Below the pieces are notes generated by a model, which searched no databases, had not been told where the DNA came from, and saw only the letters and a program-made list of their open reading frames with translations. A DNA stretch of 53,794 nt from Terriglobia bacterium. GTDB taxonomy: Bacteria; Acidobacteriota; Terriglobia; UBA7540. Made by a program: the position numbers and the translations under genes. Below, piece after piece: positions 48,298 through 53,794 of this stretch (position 1 is its first letter; every line of letters starts with the position of its first letter). Where the stretch lies: contig JBJKQF010000303.1 of the NCBI GenBank assembly GCA_046705545.1, forward strand, positions 1 through 53,794. Reading direction: 5' to 3'.

Positions 48298-48501
48298 GTG
48301 CCTTTGCTTTCGCCCGCTACGAAGAACCTTCTCGCAGCGAGCCGGGGTATCCCTGCCCTCAGGGTTTCCGCTTCATCAGTCTAAACTCTTTCCAGGCGCT
48401 GAGGTAACCAGGCTGGCTGCAAAATCCCCAAAAGGCCGAACACTCGATCGGTCCCTCTTCTTTGCTGCCTTGAGATCCCGGCTTCCCTCGCCACCCTGAA
48501 A

Positions 48502-49041
48502 TCAACTTGCGTTCAACTGCTCGCGGAGACGCTCCAGGTATCCCTGTACGGAGCCGTCATAGACGGTACTTCCCACGCGGGCCTGCACGCCTCCCAACAA
48601 TTTCGCCTCTTGCTGGAACTTCATTTCCACTTTGTTCCCGGTCAATTCCGCAAACTCTGCCCGCAGCTTTTCCTGCTCTTCAGCGGAAAGGTCCTGGGCA
48701 TAAAGCACCTCAACTTCAACGATGCCCAAGCGTTGGTTAACCACCTTCCGAAACGCCTCCAAGACCTCCTCCAGCAACGCGATGCGGTAATTCATCAGCA
48801 GAACTCGGAGGAAATTCGAGCCGGTCACCGAGGTTCCCAGGCGCGCCAGAATGGTGTCGAGAACCTTCCTTCTTTGCTCGGAGGAAAGGGCCGGAGAGAC
48901 CAGAACGTCCCGCAGCTCACCGCTCTCCTGCCAAACGGCGGCAAAGTCTCCCAGTTCACTCAAGGCCGTCCGGTAACCCTCGGCTGATCCCAAGACATCG
49001 GCCAGAGCGCGAGCGTAACGGCTGGCGATTGCCATCGACAT
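48502..49041 (-). CDS. atpH: F1 ATP synthase delta (OSCP) subunit
   Basis: 179 aa. N-terminal IASRYARALADV, and position between the b subunit and alpha. Confidence 0.85.
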   Translation of the reverse strand: MSMAIASRYARALADVLGSAEGYRTALSELGDFAAVWQESGELRDVLVSPALSSEQRRKVLDTILARLGTSVTGSNFLRVLLMNYRIALLEEVLEAFRKVVNQRLGIVEVEVLYAQDLSAEEQEKLRAEFAELTGNKVEMKFQQEAKLLGGVQARVGSTVYDGSVQGYLERLREQLNAS

Positions 49042-49104
49042 TTTGAAATCCCTTCCTATTCAGCGCTCCCGGCAGGGAGCGCCCCGGGCAGGTGTGTGCA
49101 ACAC

Positions 49105-49731
49105 TCAGTTCCGGCTAATCTTCGACTTCAAATCAGCCAGGAAAAAACTTACCATCCGGCGGCGGTTCTTTTCGTCCAGGCGCTTGCGAATCAGACCTCC
49201 GGCTTGATCGAGAGCTTGATCCACAACGTAGGTTTTGAGTTCCATCTTCGCCGCGTTGGTAGCCGCCTGAATTTGCAACTTGGCCATCTCCCCGACCTTG
49301 ACACTCTCTTCCCCTGCAGCCTGCCGCGTCCTTTCGCGTTCCCGCGCAATCTCCTCTTCCGCCCTTTTTTTGAGGGACGCGACTTCTTCCTCAAAGTGCG
49401 CCAGCTTGCTCTCAGCAGCGGCAAGCTTCGCTCGCGAATCCTCCAGCGCCTGGCGCGCCTCTTCCAAGCTCTTGCGGATGGCCTCCGAACGCTCGGTGTA
49501 GAATCCTCTTCCGTGCTTCCGGTAGAGATAGACTAGAACACCGACCAGCAGAACGAAGTTGACGATGTCAAAAATAAGCTCGCGATCAATCCCGCTTTCC
49601 TTAGCGGTCTTCGTCTCTTCTTGTCCGGGCGGCACGGCTGCAAAAGCCGGCGCGGCAACGGCAAACCCGATGCCTGACAAACAGAGGCCCAAAAGCGCCA
49701 CGCGGAGCATGCGGCTTGCGGCTCGATTCAT
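49105..49731 (-). CDS. atpF: Fo ATP synthase subunit b with N-terminal signal-like extension
   Basis: TM segment IFDIVNFVLLVGVLVYLY followed by a long charged helix. The extra N-terminal hydrophobic segment ends in AFA-A. The ATG overlaps the b' stop (ATGA). Confidence 0.8.
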   Translation of the reverse strand: MNRAASRMLRVALLGLCLSGIGFAVAAPAFAAVPPGQEETKTAKESGIDRELIFDIVNFVLLVGVLVYLYRKHGRGFYTERSEAIRKSLEEARQALEDSRAKLAAAESKLAHFEEEVASLKKRAEEEIARERERTRQAAGEESVKVGEMAKLQIQAATNAAKMELKTYVVDQALDQAGGLIRKRLDEKNRRRMVSFFLADLKSKISRN

Positions 49732-50204
49732 GCTTCAGTTCCCTCTTGATCTCTCTGGCCCAAACCCGGCGTAAAAAGGACGTCCGCCACTTCCGAAGCC
49801 AGCGCTTCAGCCGTGACGCGGAGTTCCGCCTTCGCTTTCTCCACTTCCTGCTGGAGGGATTTCTGCGCTGCTTCCAGCGCTGCTTCGGCCTCCGAGCGCG
49901 CCTGTTGCACCGTCTTGTCGCGTTCGCTCAGCGCTTCGCGGCGGGCGGCCTCCCGAAGTCGGTAGATTTCCTGCCGGGCCTTCTGAAGAGCTTGTTCGTA
50001 TTGATGCGATTTCTCATCCGCCGTCACAGCCTGCTCGTGAGCCTCCGACAGAGCCCCACTGGTAGCCTTGGCGCGCGCGTCCAGAGTTTGAGAGAGAGGT
50101 CTAAAGAATAGCCGGTCGAGAACCAGCACCAAACAGAAGACGAAGACGACGGTCGGGATCGTTTGGGCGAAAAGCTGCCCTAGCTGGGTTGTTATTTGAC
50201 CCAT
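49728..50204 (-). CDS. atpF2: Fo ATP synthase subunit b' (second b-type subunit)
   Basis: 158 aa with a single N-terminal TM (IPTVVFVFCLVLVLDRLFF) followed by an A/E/Q/R-rich coiled coil. Lies immediately upstream of atpF. Confidence 0.75.
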   Translation of the reverse strand: MGQITTQLGQLFAQTIPTVVFVFCLVLVLDRLFFRPLSQTLDARAKATSGALSEAHEQAVTADEKSHQYEQALQKARQEIYRLREAARREALSERDKTVQQARSEAEAALEAAQKSLQQEVEKAKAELRVTAEALASEVADVLFTPGLGQRDQEGTEA

Positions 50205-50258
50205 TCGTGTTGGCCGGCCTCACGGGTAGAATCCTTACAGTGTACAAAAGACTAAGAA

Positions 50259-50287
50259 ATGTAACACGCGAGCCTTTCGCGTGTCAA
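50259..50287 (-). promoter_or_regulatory. candidate promoter for the atp gene block
   Basis: On the minus strand, TTGACA (50287..50282), a 17-nt spacer, then TTACAT (50264..50259), about 55 nt upstream of the b' ATG. The -10 match is weak, and the spacer coincides with the hairpin listed next. Confidence 0.3.
50264..50284 (-). terminator. candidate terminator after the GMC oxidoreductase operon
   Basis: 8-bp stem ACACGCGA/TCGCGTGT with a 5-nt loop. On the minus strand UUACAUUUCUUAGUCUUUU follows. Lies about 95 nt past the stop at 50378. Confidence 0.4.
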
Positions 50288-50377
50288 GAAACGGACCAAA
50301 GGCCAATGGAATAAATGTGTTCAGGGGATAGCGGCATGCCCCGCGGGGAGGAGCCAAGCGGCTTTTCTGGCGGAATC

Positions 50378-51937
50378 TTATGAGAATTTCGGCCAGTTGC
50401 GAAGGATATAACGGGCCGATCGGAGCGCCAAGGCGCTCAGCGTGAAAGTTGGGTTCACCGCCCCAGTCGTGGGAAAAAGAGATGTGCCAACTGTGAACAG
50501 ATTGGCAACATCGTGAGTCTGTCCATAGCTATTGGTGACAGAGTTCCGGGCGGAATCCCCCATGATGGCGCCGCCCATCGTATGCATTTGAGCCCGCCGG
50601 CTGGCCCAGACCTCATACGCGCCAGCCGCCTCCATGACGGCTTTGCCTTGCTTAACTCCGGCTTCCCAGCAGCGGATACTGTCCTGGCCAAATTGGTGGG
50701 CCACCTGCGCCAGAGGAAATCCATAGCGGTCCTTCTTCTCGCTCAGAACAAGCCGATTCTCAGCCTGCGGCGCTCCTTCGCCGACAAAAGTCATTGTGGC
50801 AAGGTGCCGCGCCGCGGTGCGCAAGAAGCCGTGCAACGAGTCGCCGAACAGATCAACCCTGGTATTCGCTATGCCCAAAAGATCGTTGGGCTTGAGGGCA
50901 TTCCCAATCAACCACTGCGAACTTGCCACGTACCCCTTCCCGGGGTCCTTGGCGTAGCCCTCTTGCGAGAGCAGCTGCCCGCCGGTCATTCCCATGTGGT
51001 TTTCGGTCTCTTCCTTGAACAAGCCGTACACGTTGGAAGTGGCGTGGGCCATCATGTAACGCCCCACCGTTCCACTGGAATTGGCGAGCCCGCCGGGGCG
51101 GGAATTCAGCAGGATGCGAGGAGTTGAAAATGCGTACGCCGCGAGGATCACAACCCGCGCTTCCAACTCCTTCCTCTGGCCTTGCGCATTAAAGTATTCC
51201 ACGCCCGTCGCATGGTCTCCTGGACGATTCGTCAGGACCCGGGTTACGGAGCAATGGTTCAAAACCTTTGCCTGGGCCTTCAATGCTTGGGGAAGATAGA
51301 CTGCCAACGGATTGCCCAGGGCATAAATGGGGCATCCCGCATCACACCAGCCATCGTAGATGCAGGGAGGGCGTCCGTTGTAAGGCACCGAGTTGATTGC
51401 CATTGGCAGCGGTGAAGTTCGCAGGCCGAGCTTCTTGAATCCCCCCGCGATGAGGCGCCCCTGGTTAAAAACCTGCAGCGGCGGCATTGGGTAGGGCTCG
51501 CCTTCGGGACGCCAAACTTCCTGCTTCGCGTCACCGGAAATCCCCACTTCCCGCTGGATTTGATCGTAAAAAGGACGCAAGGCGGCATAGTCAAGAGGCC
51601 AATCCAGTCCCTTACCAAAGAGCTTTTTCATCTGGAAGTCTTCTGGGTGCAATCGAAACCAGCAAGCGTAATGATGCAGGGCTGCGCCTCCGGTCCCCCA
51701 ACCCGCGCCGAAGCCGACGGATAGAGGGTCCTTGCCGCCGGTTTCAACCGCGGGCCCGGCCCACTTCAAACGGCGTGCCCAAATTTGGGAACTGTATAAG
51801 TCCCCCATTTGGCGAGGTGGCCCGGCTTCCAGAATCAAGACGCTCTTGCCCGCTTGTGATAACTTGGCTGCGAGCAGGCTCCCGGCAGCGCCCGCTCCGA
51901 CAATCACCGCATCCACTCTATTTCCGGACATCAGCAT
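50378..51937 (-). CDS. GMC-family FAD oxidoreductase, catalytic subunit (second copy)
   Basis: DAVIVGAGAAGS Rossmann motif. Cys-rich PPCIYDGWCDAGCPIYALGN segment. HTMGGAIMG. No signal peptide. The start codon directly abuts the small-subunit stop. Confidence 0.9.
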   Translation of the reverse strand: MLMSGNRVDAVIVGAGAAGSLLAAKLSQAGKSVLILEAGPPRQMGDLYSSQIWARRLKWAGPAVETGGKDPLSVGFGAGWGTGGAALHHYACWFRLHPEDFQMKKLFGKGLDWPLDYAALRPFYDQIQREVGISGDAKQEVWRPEGEPYPMPPLQVFNQGRLIAGGFKKLGLRTSPLPMAINSVPYNGRPPCIYDGWCDAGCPIYALGNPLAVYLPQALKAQAKVLNHCSVTRVLTNRPGDHATGVEYFNAQGQRKELEARVVILAAYAFSTPRILLNSRPGGLANSSGTVGRYMMAHATSNVYGLFKEETENHMGMTGGQLLSQEGYAKDPGKGYVASSQWLIGNALKPNDLLGIANTRVDLFGDSLHGFLRTAARHLATMTFVGEGAPQAENRLVLSEKKDRYGFPLAQVAHQFGQDSIRCWEAGVKQGKAVMEAAGAYEVWASRRAQMHTMGGAIMGDSARNSVTNSYGQTHDVANLFTVGTSLFPTTGAVNPTFTLSALALRSARYILRNWPKFS

Positions 51938-52495
51938 TCACCACTTTTCCGGCGGCACAATGTGAGGCATATAGGGAATGTTGAGCCTCGCAAAGCCCTC
52001 CTGGGTTCCGTAGTAAGTGTCCACTGCGTCGCTGCGCGTCACAAAATAGAACAGAGGCGCGGGCGGCCCGCTCCAATCCGCCGGATTCTTCTGCGAAATC
52101 TCCCGGATCAGACCGTCCCTCTGAGGAGAAGGAAGTTCCGCAAACGAGTGAGCGTGGCGGGCCACGGCAAGACTTTCCAGCGATGCCAGGCCCTGCCGGT
52201 AGAAGCCGATAAAGGACTCCGGATAGTCCATGTATCGGAGCATCAACAGGGGCGTCTCACTGGCTAATTGACTGTCCACATAGTGCGCGATGCCAGCCGT
52301 GGCCGCGCCTGGCAAAAGGGTGTCGCCAAGGGCTTCGAGCGTTCTCCCTTCCCCTTCGCTTAGGATTTTGAAAGGCACGCCCTTCGCTCGAGCCTCTTCC
52401 GGACTAAGGGCTCCGTAGGAGGTGGCCACAGTTAGAGCAACCAACCCGCTTCCTACTCCCGTAAGAAACTCGCGGCGCGTCTTTTCGTTGGACAT
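51938..52495 (-). CDS. gluconate 2-dehydrogenase subunit 3-like small subunit with Tat signal (second copy)
   Basis: Tat motif TRREFLTGVGSGLVALTVA. RBS GGAGGA upstream. Confidence 0.8.
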   Translation of the reverse strand: MSNEKTRREFLTGVGSGLVALTVATSYGALSPEEARAKGVPFKILSEGEGRTLEALGDTLLPGAATAGIAHYVDSQLASETPLLMLRYMDYPESFIGFYRQGLASLESLAVARHAHSFAELPSPQRDGLIREISQKNPADWSGPPAPLFYFVTRSDAVDTYYGTQEGFARLNIPYMPHIVPPEKW

Positions 52496-52822
52496 GGAGA
52501 GATCATCCTCCGGTTCGAATTTCAGCAGAGCGTCTTACACACGGGGCCAAGACTATCTCACCACGCTTCCTGATTAAGGGGACATCCGGCCGTAACCCGT
52601 CATTTCCGCCGTGGAGCAAACATCGTGACGGATTCGACTATGCGCTGACCGGTTCACATCGTGGTTGAACGTTCGTCATCTACACGCTGGGCGGAAAGAA
52701 CCTGCCCACCAGATTTTTGCGATAGACCCCGCGTGCGCCCTCGCGGCCCAGGCCGCCGATCATGGAAGGAACATCATACCGGGCGGAGTATACGCCCATT
52801 GCGTCTTGCTATACAGAATACT

Positions 52823-53794
52823 TTAGTCGTATTTCAAAAACCCAGGATTCACGACCCCATGCGGATCGAATTTCTTTTTCAAGCTATTGACCACGGGCCA
52901 CTTGTCTCCGTAATGAGACTTCCATTGCGCGGCGTCAAAAGCAATCCAACCGGACAGGTATCGCTTGCCGCCCATCATCATGCAGGCCTGGCTGGCCATG
53001 TTCAGCTTGGGCAGCGCCTCCTCCAAAAAGCGCTGCGGAACCGCTGGCAGAATTCCAAAGCCCATTAGCAGGTCGGTTGTCGGGCGCATAAATAGCGGAA
53101 CGGAGGAGGAATTCCCCCGCGACGGCCATAGCAGAATGTGCCCGCCCGCGATGGCTTGCGGCGGCATGTTTTGCAGGACTTGTCCAATATAGACCGGCGT
53201 GGTCTGCCAAGGCAGGACACACTCCATCCAGGGATGCGCAAACTCCCAAACCCCCGTTCGCTTCCAGATGGCGAATAGCGCATCAAGCCGGGCGAAGAAA
53301 TCCGTCAACGCGCCTTCTTCAGTGTGTACATGCTTATAAAACTTGAGCCCCTGTAGTCTCTCATCAAGCTTCGGGTCCGGCTTTCCGTCCGTTTCAATGG
53401 TGGCGTGTAAAGGATAAAACCACTGCGCAAAAGCCTGGCGGGTATCGCCCACCTGCTTGAACCCTTGCGGACACGGCACACACCAGGATTCCAGGTAATC
53501 GAACCTCTCCCCGGCCATGACCATTTTCAGATCATCCATGAGAACGGCCATTTCGTCATAAAGCACATTGTAAGAACGAAACCGAGGCTGGTGAGTCCGA
53601 AAGTTCACCGTGGCCTCGGTCATCACTCCAAACTGTCCCATGCCCGCGCGAACTGCGTCGAACAAGTCCTGGTTCTTCTCCTTCGAGCAGCGCACAACTT
53701 CCCCTTCTCCGGTTACCACTTCAAGCTCCAGAACATTGTCCGCCTGGGTGCCGTATCTCCAGGAAGCCACACCCAGCCCCCCGGTCGATAGAGT
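52823..53794 (-). CDS. FAD-linked oxidase (PCMH/VAO fold, cytokinin-dehydrogenase-like), 5'-truncated by the window edge
   Basis: The reading frame stays open to the window end. The FAD-binding-domain end is GGLGVASWRYGTQADNVLELEVVTGEG, followed by a substrate-domain C-terminus ending DPHGVVNPGFLKYD. Confidence 0.8.
   Translation of the reverse strand, partial: TLSTGGLGVASWRYGTQADNVLELEVVTGEGEVVRCSKEKNQDLFDAVRAGMGQFGVMTEATVNFRTHQPRFRSYNVLYDEMAVLMDDLKMVMAGERFDYLESWCVPCPQGFKQVGDTRQAFAQWFYPLHATIETDGKPDPKLDERLQGLKFYKHVHTEEGALTDFFARLDALFAIWKRTGVWEFAHPWMECVLPWQTTPVYIGQVLQNMPPQAIAGGHILLWPSRGNSSSVPLFMRPTTDLLMGFGILPAVPQRFLEEALPKLNMASQACMMMGGKRYLSGWIAFDAAQWKSHYGDKWPVVNSLKKKFDPHGVVNPGFLKYD

Noticed and set aside
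52680-52799. 39-codon minus-strand ORF (MGVYSARYDVPSMIGGLGREGARGVYRKNLVGRFFPPSV) between the FAD oxidase and the Tat small subunit.
   Set aside because: Its composition looks coding, but it has no RBS and no recognisable family, and ORFs of this size arise by chance in GC-rich DNA. It is worth a BLAST or ribosome-profiling look only.

Overview
The window looks like a 53.8-kb high-GC (roughly 58-60% by eye) bacterial chromosomal segment. It is probably Acidobacteriota-like. That guess is an inference from a CarboxypepD_reg-type TonB receptor, CRTAC1/ASPIC-UnbV paralogs, many Tat-signal exoenzymes and ECF sigma modules. I can support about 45 protein-coding genes. I found no rRNA, tRNA, CRISPR array, transposase or integrase.

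Gene content, left to right:
- A cytoplasmic selenium-binding-protein (SBP56 / methanethiol-oxidase family) gene translationally coupled to a His-rich membrane protein. A wHTH-SAM methyltransferase, a small protein and a BBE-type FAD oxidase follow.
- Several secreted hypotheticals and a DoxX protein.
- A GMC flavoenzyme plus a Tat-signal small subunit.
- Endonuclease V.
- A divergent locus in which two CRTAC1-like Tat proteins flank a membrane-anchored five-CXXCH/TPR protein. One paralog is tightly coupled to a NarL-type two-component system.
- A SIS sugar isomerase, a cold-shock protein and a TonB-dependent receptor.
- A LutC/LUD gene broken by a single in-frame TAG.
- A DksA/TraR protein.
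- A glycan-degradation cluster: GH35, a GH36-like enzyme and an unknown lipoprotein.
- An APC permease, hom, a stand-alone PASTA protein and folP.
- An ECF sigma / anti-sigma / TPR module.
- A partial F1Fo operon (b', b, delta, alpha, gamma, beta, epsilon) without the a and c subunits.
- A second GMC plus Tat small-subunit pair next to a truncated FAD-linked oxidase.

The best candidate for an undescribed system is the CRTAC1 / pentahaem-TPR / CRTAC1 / two-component-system locus (12843..21961). The SBP56-transporter pair is second. All family calls come from reading motifs in the translated ORFs, not from database searches. The ORF track translates GTG and TTG starts as M, so several starts were re-assigned by hand.
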